Translations under genes and position numbers: made by a program
The notes under the pieces: generated by a model
What the model was told of the DNA's origin: nothing
What the model saw: the letters and a program-made list of their open reading frames with translations, nothing else
Databases searched by the model: none
Virus record (IMG/VR): IMGVR_UViG_3300044640_001495
Coordinates: 1 to 64,000 of that record
Strand: one strand, 5' to 3'
DNA: 64,000 nucleotides
Shown: piece after piece, positions 26,476 through 34,555 of the stretch
Numbering within the stretch: position 1 is the stretch's first letter
Layout: every line of letters starts with the position of its first letter

Positions 26476-27015
26476 ATGAAAACAGTCGGACACAAATTAG
26501 AAAAATTCACAGTCACCGGCGTCAAGCCAGGACAACCAGAAGACGCTTTCTTTGACATTACAGAGAAGTCATTTGAAGGCAAGTGGAAAGTAATCGTTTA
26601 CTATCCAAAAGACTTTACATTTGTATGCCCAACAGAAATCGTAGCCTACGACAAATTGACAGGCGACTTTGCTGATCGTGATGCTGTATTGCTCACAGGT
26701 TCGACAGACAACGAGTTCTGTAAAGTTAGCTGGCAAACAGCTCACGCTGATTTGAAGAAGATCACACACAATCAGTTTGCCGACACACAACGTGGTGAGT
26801 TGAGCTTGATTGAACAGTTGGGCGTATTCTATGCACCTGCTGGTGCCGCACTTCGCGCAACATTCATTGTTGATCCAGACAACGTTATTCAACACGTTAC
26901 TGTCAACAACTTGAACGTTGGTCGTAGCCCAGAAGAAACTCTGCGTGTGTTGGATGCGCTACAAACCGGTGAGCTTTGCGCTTGTAACCGTACAGTTGGC
27001 GGCGAAACACTTTAA
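26476..27015 (+). CDS. ahpC: peroxiredoxin AhpC
   Basis: YYPKDFTFVCPTE peroxidatic Cys, GRSPEE and LCAC resolving Cys. Confidence 0.95.
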   Translation: MKTVGHKLEKFTVTGVKPGQPEDAFFDITEKSFEGKWKVIVYYPKDFTFVCPTEIVAYDKLTGDFADRDAVLLTGSTDNEFCKVSWQTAHADLKKITHNQFADTQRGELSLIEQLGVFYAPAGAALRATFIVDPDNVIQHVTVNNLNVGRSPEETLRVLDALQTGELCACNRTVGGETL

Positions 27016-27215
27016 TGGAAACTAGGACAAGGACCTTGGTCAAGACCATCATCTATAGGATTTGGGTCTTATGCTCAACCTATGTGATGTTGTTGGTAAC
27101 AGGACAAAGTTTAACACAGGCCCTTGTTCCTACAATCATTATAAATTGTGTCTGGATGACATCATACTATTTGTATGATAGACTTTGGGCACGTATTAAA
27201 TGGGGACGAAAATGA
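27015..27215 (+). CDS. DUF2061-like small membrane protein
   Basis: ET..RTLVKTIIYRI...YYLYDRLW.RIKWG signature. Confidence 0.7.
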   Translation: METRTRTLVKTIIYRIWVLCSTYVMLLVTGQSLTQALVPTIIINCVWMTSYYLYDRLWARIKWGRK

Positions 27216-27718
27216 GTTTTATTGAAACAGTAAAAGGCGCATTGCCAGACTACGCAAAAGACACCAAGTTAAATATTGACGCTGTGTTTGTGCGTAGTAC
27301 ATTGGATGCTGATGTTGCTATGGGTTGTGCCGTGGCCGCACTCGCCGCAACTGGCAACGGTAAGGTGTTAAGCATATTGTTAGCAGATGCGCCAGTACAC
27401 GCAGAGTCAGCAATGACAGCGGCGAGCATTATGGCACAGAACAACGTCTGGTATCCCTACGTTGAGATGGCCGATGATCCTGCTCTAAAAGGCCTGCCAG
27501 CACAGTTACGCATGAATGCCATTGCCAGTCACGGTGGAACAACCAAGAGCAACTTTGAGGCATTTAGTTTGGCCGCAAGTATTGTAGGCAAGTGCCACTT
27601 CTGTGTTAAGGCACATTACGAAACGCTCAAGCAAGAAGGCTACACTGTAGAACAGCTTCGTGATATTGGCCGCATTGCCAGTGTGATGAATTCGGTGGCA
27701 AAAGTGTTAAACAGCTAA
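27212..27718 (+). CDS. ahpD: alkyl hydroperoxide reductase AhpD
   Basis: LPDYAKD.KLN, MAQNNVWY and SIVGKCHFCVKAH (CxxC-H). Confidence 0.93.
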   Translation: MSFIETVKGALPDYAKDTKLNIDAVFVRSTLDADVAMGCAVAALAATGNGKVLSILLADAPVHAESAMTAASIMAQNNVWYPYVEMADDPALKGLPAQLRMNAIASHGGTTKSNFEAFSLAASIVGKCHFCVKAHYETLKQEGYTVEQLRDIGRIASVMNSVAKVLNS

Positions 27719-27723
27719 ACTAG

Positions 27724-27752
27724 TTGACAAGAGTTAGCGATTACTGTATTAT
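27724..27752 (+). promoter_or_regulatory. sigma70-type promoter overlapping a terminator-like hairpin
   Basis: TTGACA-N17-TATTAT; 11-bp inverted repeat 27736-27746/27755-27765 followed by a T-run. Confidence 0.65.
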
Positions 27753-27782
27753 AGCAGTAATCGCTTTTCTTTTGGAGAAATT

Positions 27783-28202
27783 ATGTTAGAGTGTTTGATT
27801 GTAGGTGATAGTATAGCAGTGGGCACACACATGTTTGCCAAAGAATGTACTCTTGTAGGCAAGGGAGGAATCAATACTTGGCAGTGGAATCGTGATTATC
27901 TAAAAAATGATTTAACCGCCAATACCGTTATTATAAGTTTAGGAAGTAATGATCATAAACATATACATACAGAAGCAGAGTTGTTAAAGATGCGTGACAA
28001 AATAAAAGGCAAACGTGTGTTTTGGATTTTGCCAGCTGGCAATCTTAAAGCAAGTCAAGTTAATATAAACTATATTCAACTAACAATAAAAGAAATTGCT
28101 AACAAATACGGCGATACTGTGTTGCCAATTACCAAATTGCAACCAGACGGCATACATCCAAGTTGGGCTGGATATAAACAACTAGCAGAACAGATAAAAT
28201 AA
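27783..28202 (+). CDS. SGNH/GDSL hydrolase-like protein
   Basis: VGDSIAVG, ISLGSND and DGIHP motifs. Confidence 0.8.
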   Translation: MLECLIVGDSIAVGTHMFAKECTLVGKGGINTWQWNRDYLKNDLTANTVIISLGSNDHKHIHTEAELLKMRDKIKGKRVFWILPAGNLKASQVNINYIQLTIKEIANKYGDTVLPITKLQPDGIHPSWAGYKQLAEQIK

Positions 28203-28246
28203 AATCTGTCGAACACAATACAGCTAAGTAAAACACAAGGAATATC

Positions 28247-28615
28247 ATGATTATAGAAATTAAACTAGGGCCAGATTTAACATTGGCATTTGAAGAGCCG
28301 GCAAATGATATGGGAATCGGCATTACTGCCAGTATCACTGCCATGCCAGTGCTTGACGATATAGCCAACCAGCTCTATTTCAAAGTAGATACCGGACCAA
28401 AACTTCGGTGTCGGACCGGCAACGGCAATTATCCCGAAGACATGCCAAACAGGAACAAAGCTGACAATCACGTCAGTTGGAGACTGGCGCAACACGAAGC
28501 TCGTTTATGGCAAATTGGTGGACAACCTTATCTAGGAATTGATCATCCAGACTACCAATATGAAATTGCCTTGACTGCAGAGCAGAGTGAGATATTCAGC
28601 AAGAGGTTTCCATAA
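28247..28615 (+). CDS. hypothetical protein
   Basis: 122 aa ORF with AAGGA RBS. Confidence 0.55.
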   Translation: MIIEIKLGPDLTLAFEEPANDMGIGITASITAMPVLDDIANQLYFKVDTGPKLRCRTGNGNYPEDMPNRNKADNHVSWRLAQHEARLWQIGGQPYLGIDHPDYQYEIALTAEQSEIFSKRFP

Positions 28616-28651
28616 GGCGTTATTCTTTGCAATAAATTGAATTGTAGGCAG

Positions 28652-28680
28652 TTGACAACCTCTAAACTAGATGCTATACT
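28652..28680 (+). promoter_or_regulatory. sigma70-type promoter
   Basis: TTGACA-N17-TATACT. Confidence 0.8.
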
Positions 28681-28713
28681 AGTCGTATAGTTTAACAAGT
28701 TTGGAGGTTTCTT

Positions 28714-29109
28714 TTGACAATGCATCTAGAAGGTCCGTGGCTTAGTACCACTGGCAAACCCAAAGGCAAGCAAAAGTTTGCATCAGCAGAACACGCAAGA
28801 AAGGCCCGTGAATTGAACGAATCGTGGAAAGAACTACAGAAGAAATGGGCTGTAGAGATTGAAGATAAGAAACGAACTCGTGGGCTGGCGGCAGAATCTT
28901 TGAGCAAATCATACTCACTGAAGATTCCTGAGGGCCGCAATACCACTGCACATATCAAAAGTGTGGATACCGGCGGCAATGCTGTGTTAAAAGCCAGTCC
29001 AATCTACACTGGAACCAAAGTCAAAGGCATTGCGACAATGCACAAGAGCAACGCTGTGCCTGTGTTCAGTGATGAAGAAGCACAAGATATCTCCAAAATG
29101 CGTCGATAA
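28714..29109 (+). CDS. conserved T4-like phage hypothetical protein
   Basis: GIATMHKSNAVPVFS..EA.DI..MRR C-terminal motif. Confidence 0.7.
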   Translation: MTMHLEGPWLSTTGKPKGKQKFASAEHARKARELNESWKELQKKWAVEIEDKKRTRGLAAESLSKSYSLKIPEGRNTTAHIKSVDTGGNAVLKASPIYTGTKVKGIATMHKSNAVPVFSDEEAQDISKMRR

Positions 29110-29204
29110 TCACCAGTTTCTCGGGAGATAACGCAAGTATGAGGTATATATTAAACGTTTCGCAAAGAAACTAAGATAGTTGGTTAGATGAAAATGTCAA
29201 AAGC

Positions 29205-29392
29205 ATGGAAGTTTAGCCCGCGGGTCTTGGCCAATGAGAAACCCGTATTTTCGGGATGCCAAGGGTCGCCAAAGGTACTAAGAGTTATGAACTTAGTGGC
29301 TAATGGAGACAACTACACGAAAGTAGGGTTCTTTCAGAGCCTCGTGAAGTTAACTCCCTTTATGTAATGTAATCTGAACTTTGGATTACACC
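29205..29392 (+). promoter_or_regulatory. structured 5' leader, possible ydaO/c-di-AMP-riboswitch-like variant
   Basis: Stems cccg/cggg, gcc..actaag/cttagt..ggc, ctac/gtag and tgtaatc/gattaca; 3' segment GAGCCTCGTGAAGTTAACTCC; lies upstream of a cell wall hydrolase. Confidence 0.4.
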
Positions 29393-29409
29393 AAGTCAAA
29401 GGAGGACTT

Positions 29410-29955
29410 ATGGAAAAATTTATTAGATTTACCACCTATGTTATAGGTTTAATTGTAGTATGCCTATTGGTGCAGAATGTAACTTTTGCCAAAATGGAAA
29501 AGCTACGTGAGGGTCAGATGTTATCATCGCCCGACATTGTGTCAATTAAAACTAGAGAACGACAACTAGAATGCCTAGCGATGAATATCTATCGCGAAGC
29601 AGGACACGAAAACTTTGAAGGCAAAGTAGCAGTGGCACAGGTCACCATGAACAGGGCGTCTCATCCCTCGTTCCCAAAAGATGTCTGTGCAGTTGTTTTT
29701 CAAAAGTCAGTAGTGATAGACAGAGTCATTTGCCAATTCTCATGGTATTGTGACACTGCGCACAAAGCTAGACCTATTAACCAATCGGCTTACAACGAAA
29801 GTATGGCTGTGGCTAAAAAGGTATTATTGGAAGGTTTCAGACTTGACGTAATGAAAGAAGCATTGTATTATCATGCTAACTATGTCAATCCGCAATGGAA
29901 TCTAGAAAAAATTGGAACAATCGGCAATCATATCTTTTACAGAGGAAAGAAATAA
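29410..29955 (+). CDS. sleB: cell wall hydrolase (SleB / Hydrolase_2) with N-terminal membrane anchor
   Basis: CLAMNIYREAG, AVAQVTMNR, CQFSWYC, LYYHANYVNP.W and IGNHIFY. Confidence 0.9.
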   Translation: MEKFIRFTTYVIGLIVVCLLVQNVTFAKMEKLREGQMLSSPDIVSIKTRERQLECLAMNIYREAGHENFEGKVAVAQVTMNRASHPSFPKDVCAVVFQKSVVIDRVICQFSWYCDTAHKARPINQSAYNESMAVAKKVLLEGFRLDVMKEALYYHANYVNPQWNLEKIGTIGNHIFYRGKK

Positions 29956-29956
29956 A

Positions 29957-30292
29957 ATGGTAGACTTCAACAAATTTAATCCGCTGCCTCATTTTGAAAA
30001 TCTTCAAGAGTTCAAAACCTGGGCTACCGCCAAAGTCAGCCACATTTCGGCAGAGACATTTGGTTGGCTAGCAGTCATTGTACTACACGCTGCCACTGTT
30101 CCTAGTCTGTTCGCTGTAATGAGTGGGTTAACTGACAAGATGCCCGCAGTGGATCTTGTGTTGTTATGCTGGGGCGGCCTAACCCTGTTATTTGTCAAAG
30201 CCACAGTGCAAAAAGACATGCTCAACGTAGTCACTATTGGATTTGGATTTATTGTCCAAGCAGTAATGATGGCGCTAATCTTCTTCAAATAA
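29957..30292 (+). CDS. small multi-pass membrane protein
   Basis: Three hydrophobic helices; start moved to MVDFNKF. Confidence 0.65.
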   Translation: MVDFNKFNPLPHFENLQEFKTWATAKVSHISAETFGWLAVIVLHAATVPSLFAVMSGLTDKMPAVDLVLLCWGGLTLLFVKATVQKDMLNVVTIGFGFIVQAVMMALIFFK

Positions 30293-30309
30293 ATTGGTTA
30301 AGCACCCGG

Positions 30310-30338
30310 TTGACATTGAGCAGCCGTGGTGCTATACT
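30310..30338 (+). promoter_or_regulatory. sigma70-type promoter
   Basis: TTGACA-N17-TATACT. Confidence 0.8.
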
Positions 30339-30372
30339 TATTATATCGTTAACACACACAGAAAGGTACACG

Positions 30373-30852
30373 ATGAAAAAGGCAATTCTAGTAGGCTTAC
30401 TTGCAACAGCTATTACAGGCTGTTCGTCAATGAAAGATATTCCAGAGCGCAAGACATTTGCTCAACCTGGTTGGTATCAAAGTTGCGCACAGGAAGGCGT
30501 TAAAGGTTGGTTCTGGTGGAGTGAAGATTATGTCTATGCCTGCGGTGCAGGAGACAGTAATTACGCTCAGGCAGCAGAAGAACAAATGGATGCGATTGCA
30601 ATGAACAACTTTGCAAAACGTATCAATGGTACAGTTAATAGCGAAACATCTATTGACATTGTCAACGACAAGAAAACAACTCGTACCAAGATTACCTACA
30701 AGGTAGAAGACACCGCCATCCGCCGTCATGTGAAAAGTGAACGCGGACACTTTACTATGGCCGGAAAACATTATACTTTTGTTCGTCTTGAGATGAAGAA
30801 GGCTACATTCGATCAATTGATCGCTGAAGCTCAGACCAAGCGAGCTCAATAA
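30373..30852 (+). CDS. lipoprotein (LPP20-like)
   Basis: MKKAILVGLLATAITG-C lipobox. Confidence 0.7.
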   Translation: MKKAILVGLLATAITGCSSMKDIPERKTFAQPGWYQSCAQEGVKGWFWWSEDYVYACGAGDSNYAQAAEEQMDAIAMNNFAKRINGTVNSETSIDIVNDKKTTRTKITYKVEDTAIRRHVKSERGHFTMAGKHYTFVRLEMKKATFDQLIAEAQTKRAQ

Positions 30853-31187
30853 TGAAGGCTCTGGTCATTACAGTAGTTCCTGCACTGGCATTATTGGCGC
30901 TAACAGGCTGCGGATCTGCATCAAAAGTTGTTGCTCAGAAACCGCAGTACTGTCATACTAGTCAAACTATTACTACTCATAACAAAGAAACAGTAGATAG
31001 CAAGACTGTGTTAGAATGCACAGACGACGATATCAAACGAATTACCACGGCAAGGTTAGGTATGTCAACTAACTGCGGTGAATTTACTTATTGGATGCAG
31101 ATTGGAGGAAGAGATGTTCAACGCAAAGGCGTCAGTTGTCAAAAAATGGATGGTGGCTGGGAAATTGTTAATACTGGTCGTAACTAG
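30852..31187 (+). CDS. Cys-containing lipoprotein
   Basis: LALLALTG-C lipobox; four further Cys. Confidence 0.65.
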   Translation: MKALVITVVPALALLALTGCGSASKVVAQKPQYCHTSQTITTHNKETVDSKTVLECTDDDIKRITTARLGMSTNCGEFTYWMQIGGRDVQRKGVSCQKMDGGWEIVNTGRN

Positions 31188-31545
31188 TCCAGCATTGGCT
31201 AATGACATCAGTAATCCTAGATTTTTCGAATATCGCTCAGGTTCGTTTATTAATGAAGTTGCGCAAATATCTTTTGGATGGTTCAAAACTTTGGACAATG
31301 ATCAAAAAGATTCTTACACCCAGGCGCTGTATCATGCCGTGATGTTTGCCGAAAATGGACAGGCTGTTGAATGGTACAAACGTGATGCTAGTGGTGTTGC
31401 AGTGCCTGTGATGACATGGCCCACTGGATCGGGATATTGTAGGAGGATGCATGTGCAGGCCATAGCTTATGGTGTGCAGAGAACATTGAGTAGCACAGCC
31501 TGTTTCTCAAATGCGAGCAGTAATTGGCGTTGGATAAGGGAATAA
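31150..31545 (+). CDS. RT0821/Lpp0805 (17-kDa surface antigen)-like exported protein; start uncertain
   Basis: Signal peptide, then WY....SG..VP..T....GYCR.......TAC...W motif. Confidence 0.6.
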   Translation: MVAGKLLILVVTSPALANDISNPRFFEYRSGSFINEVAQISFGWFKTLDNDQKDSYTQALYHAVMFAENGQAVEWYKRDASGVAVPVMTWPTGSGYCRRMHVQAIAYGVQRTLSSTACFSNASSNWRWIRE

Positions 31546-31554
31546 ATATTACAC

Positions 31555-32949
31555 ATGAAAATAAATCTCAGCGATAAAATTATTGCCTGGCTGGCCCTGT
31601 TCAGCGGGTTAACCATTTCTGCAGTGGCCATTTGGTACAGCGTAGCGGGTCTCGTTAGCATTTTCGCAGCCGCTGCTATCCCTATTATTGTTATGGGTGT
31701 AGTGCTAGAAGTCAGCAAATTAATTGCCACTGTATGGTTAAAAATCAATTGGGATAGAGCCCCTATTTACATTAGAAGTTATCTCATAGTTGCCATTGCC
31801 ATCCTTATGGTAATTACCTCCATGGGCATCTTTGGTTTTCTATCAAAGGCACACAGTGATCAAACATTAGTGTCCGGAGATGTTCAGAGCAAAATTGCTA
31901 TCTATGACGAAAAAATAAAAACTGAACGCGAAAACATCGAAGCTGGTCGCAAGGCCCTGAAACAAATGGATGCCACCATTGATGAAACCATTGCTCGCAG
32001 TAAAACTGATCAAGGGGCTGTCAATGCCAATACCATGCGTCAACGCCAGGCCAAAGAAAGAGCCCAGATAAATTCTGACATAACTAAATCGCAAAAGGCC
32101 ATTGCCACTCTTAATGAAGAACGTGCTCCAATTGCGGCCGAAATACGCAAGGTTGAAGCTGAAGTTGGTCCCATCAAATACATAGCTGCCTTTGTGTATG
32201 GCAGCAATCCCGATGCCAACCTATTAGAAAAAGCGGTGACTTGGGTAATTATTATCATTGTTTCAGTATTTGATCCTTTGGCAGTGATACTGCTGTTGGC
32301 CAGCCAATATAGTTTTCAATGGTTTCGCAGAGCCGAAGAAGACCACAAGGAATCTCTAGAAAATTCCATACCAACAGATAACAAAGATGGTCCTCCAACC
32401 AATGAAGAAATTACTCCAAGATCAGAACCTTTTATACCACCAGCCACAAATTTATGGCCGTTTCCCGCAGCCGCATATATACAAACAACACACACAGCAC
32501 CTGTCGTAGATTCTTTCACAACACAGCCGACCGCACTAGGAGGTGATATAACGGCGTCTGAGGAACTGCATGAAGAGGATGACGACTACGACGAAAATGA
32601 CACAGTTGAGATTAGAGAAGCCAAGCGAAATTGGAAACACGATCATCCGGACGATTCTTTGAAAAGACACAGACGTCTTTTAGAAAATGGTTTGATTGAT
32701 CGTCTTCCTTGGGAAGAGTACCTAAAAGCTGCCCCCGACTTTACAGACAATGAAGCCGCAGAAGAAGCAGCGAAATGGGCTCTAGAACAAGTTGAAGAAA
32801 CTAAAAAAAAAGATAACAGCATGGATGGAACGGGAACAGGGTCAACAGATTCGCAAGATTCAGGAAAGCTAGTGGGCTATATTCAAAATGCCGAGCAGAA
32901 TGAATCTACGATCTGGCAAAAGGTCAAACAAGTCAAAGGACAAGGATGA
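31555..32949 (+). CDS. membrane-anchored coiled-coil protein
   Basis: Three N-terminal TM helices, long coiled coil, TM helix with FDPLAV, acidic tail. Confidence 0.7.
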   Translation: MKINLSDKIIAWLALFSGLTISAVAIWYSVAGLVSIFAAAAIPIIVMGVVLEVSKLIATVWLKINWDRAPIYIRSYLIVAIAILMVITSMGIFGFLSKAHSDQTLVSGDVQSKIAIYDEKIKTERENIEAGRKALKQMDATIDETIARSKTDQGAVNANTMRQRQAKERAQINSDITKSQKAIATLNEERAPIAAEIRKVEAEVGPIKYIAAFVYGSNPDANLLEKAVTWVIIIIVSVFDPLAVILLLASQYSFQWFRRAEEDHKESLENSIPTDNKDGPPTNEEITPRSEPFIPPATNLWPFPAAAYIQTTHTAPVVDSFTTQPTALGGDITASEELHEEDDDYDENDTVEIREAKRNWKHDHPDDSLKRHRRLLENGLIDRLPWEEYLKAAPDFTDNEAAEEAAKWALEQVEETKKKDNSMDGTGTGSTDSQDSGKLVGYIQNAEQNESTIWQKVKQVKGQG

Positions 32950-33329
32950 CAGCCAAGGTAGTTGTAGTCACTGCTCCTGACGATGTATTGATTGATGGTT
33001 TTAGATTGTTGTTGGTAGATCTCAATGCTGAACAGACCAAAATCATTTCAGATAGTTTGTTGAATCTAAAATCACAGCATGATATCATTACCTATCTTTG
33101 GTCATCTGATCACGACACGGATTGGCTGCTGGACAAAAAATCCAAGAGCGATCTCATCATATTCAACGCAGATAGCGCAAACAGTCTTGTTATAGGATAC
33201 ATCTGCGCTCAAAAAAATTCACACTACTTTGGCAACCTAAGAAATTTATCACGTGCTAATGCAAAGGCTATATATGCTAGTGAGGATTGTGAATCTTTAC
33301 TTAACCTAACCATAAACAATTATGAATAA
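32946..33329 (+). CDS. hypothetical protein
   Basis: 127 aa ORF with ATGA overlap. Confidence 0.6.
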   Translation: MTAKVVVVTAPDDVLIDGFRLLLVDLNAEQTKIISDSLLNLKSQHDIITYLWSSDHDTDWLLDKKSKSDLIIFNADSANSLVIGYICAQKNSHYFGNLRNLSRANAKAIYASEDCESLLNLTINNYE

Positions 33330-33558
33330 ATCAAGAGTTACTCTAGGGAGAACCGTAGTTCTCAAAGAAGGCGAAAATATCAATCAGGCTCTCCGCCGAT
33401 TCAAAAAGAAAGTCGAAGAAAGTGGTATTCTCGATGAACTGAGACAAAAAGAGTTTTACGAAAAACCCACAACCATGCGCAAACGCCTCAAAGGTGCAGC
33501 AGTGGCTAGATGGCGCAAGAAACTGCGTGAAAACGAATTACCTAAAAAAATGTTTTAA
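33322..33558 (+). CDS. rpsU: 30S ribosomal protein bS21
   Basis: VLKEGENINQALRRFKKKVEESGILDELRQKEFYEKPTTMRKR. Confidence 0.92.
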   Translation: MNKSRVTLGRTVVLKEGENINQALRRFKKKVEESGILDELRQKEFYEKPTTMRKRLKGAAVARWRKKLRENELPKKMF

Positions 33559-33562
33559 TCTA

Positions 33563-33591
33563 TTGACATTCTGTCAGAAAGGTAGTATAAT
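33563..33591 (+). promoter_or_regulatory. sigma70-type promoter
   Basis: TTGACA-N17-TATAAT. Confidence 0.88.
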
Positions 33592-33597
33592 AACTGT

Positions 33598-34179
33598 ATG
33601 AACACAGATATTATGATCGACTTGGAGACGCTAGACGTTCTCCCCACAGCAACAATCTTAACCATTGGTGCAGTTAAATTTGATCCATTTGGTGATGATG
33701 TAAACGAAAAAAAATGTGAGAAATTTTATGTCCGTGTTGATGTTGATAGTTGTGATCGGATTGGTGCTACGGTTTCGCAGGCTACCTTAGATTGGTGGGC
33801 TTCACAATCACAGGAAGCTCAGAACGAAGCATTTGATCCTGCAAACAGAGTCTCTATTGAAGAAGCAATGACACAACTGTACAAGTTTTGTTGGGGCGGC
33901 AAAAGAGTATGGAGTCACGGTGCTGGCTTTGATGTTACTATTCTAGAATGGTATTTTCGTAAGATCGGCAAAGCTATTCCTTGGAGCTTCTGGGAAGTTC
34001 GCGACACTCGCACAATTTTCGATGTAGGTATCAATCCCAACCGTCCTCCAGTGCTAAAACATCATGCTCTCGAAGATGCGTGGAATCAAGCAGTAGGTGT
34101 GCAAAATGTCTACAAAGCTCTGCGGACCAGTACAATGAGCGACGGTAACTATATCGCACCATTTGCAAATCAAAGGTAA
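33598..34179 (+). CDS. DEDDh 3'-5' exonuclease (Rv2179c/DUF5051-like)
   Basis: IMIDLETL, WSHGAGFD, RDTRT and HHALEDA motifs. Confidence 0.85.
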   Translation: MNTDIMIDLETLDVLPTATILTIGAVKFDPFGDDVNEKKCEKFYVRVDVDSCDRIGATVSQATLDWWASQSQEAQNEAFDPANRVSIEEAMTQLYKFCWGGKRVWSHGAGFDVTILEWYFRKIGKAIPWSFWEVRDTRTIFDVGINPNRPPVLKHHALEDAWNQAVGVQNVYKALRTSTMSDGNYIAPFANQR

Positions 34180-34182
34180 TAT

Positions 34183-34467
34183 ATGGACAGTCAAACCAAA
34201 GAAGTAATGGACATTCTCCAAGAAGAATGTGCTGAAGTAATTCAAGCGGTAAGTAAAATCAGCCGCTTCGGACTAGACAATTTTAAACCAGGAAAACCTA
34301 AAACCAATAGGCAACATCTGGAAGAAGAGCTAGGCGATATGATAACCATGATTGATATCTTGCACAACATGGATATTGTAAGCTGGACAAATATCGACCG
34401 TGCAGCTGAAGCTAAACGTGAAAAACTAAAAAAATGGTCAAATATTCAGAATTTAGAGAATATTTGA
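34183..34467 (+). CDS. MazG-like NTP pyrophosphohydrolase
   Basis: LQEECAEVIQA...LEEELGD motif. Confidence 0.8.
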   Translation: MDSQTKEVMDILQEECAEVIQAVSKISRFGLDNFKPGKPKTNRQHLEEELGDMITMIDILHNMDIVSWTNIDRAAEAKREKLKKWSNIQNLENI

Positions 34468-34555
34468 TATAAATAAAATCGTAAGCTGCACCAAAGCGGG
34501 CGGTTTATAGAGCATAGTGCTCACAATCTAGATCTTACTTTAAAAGGAGATAATT

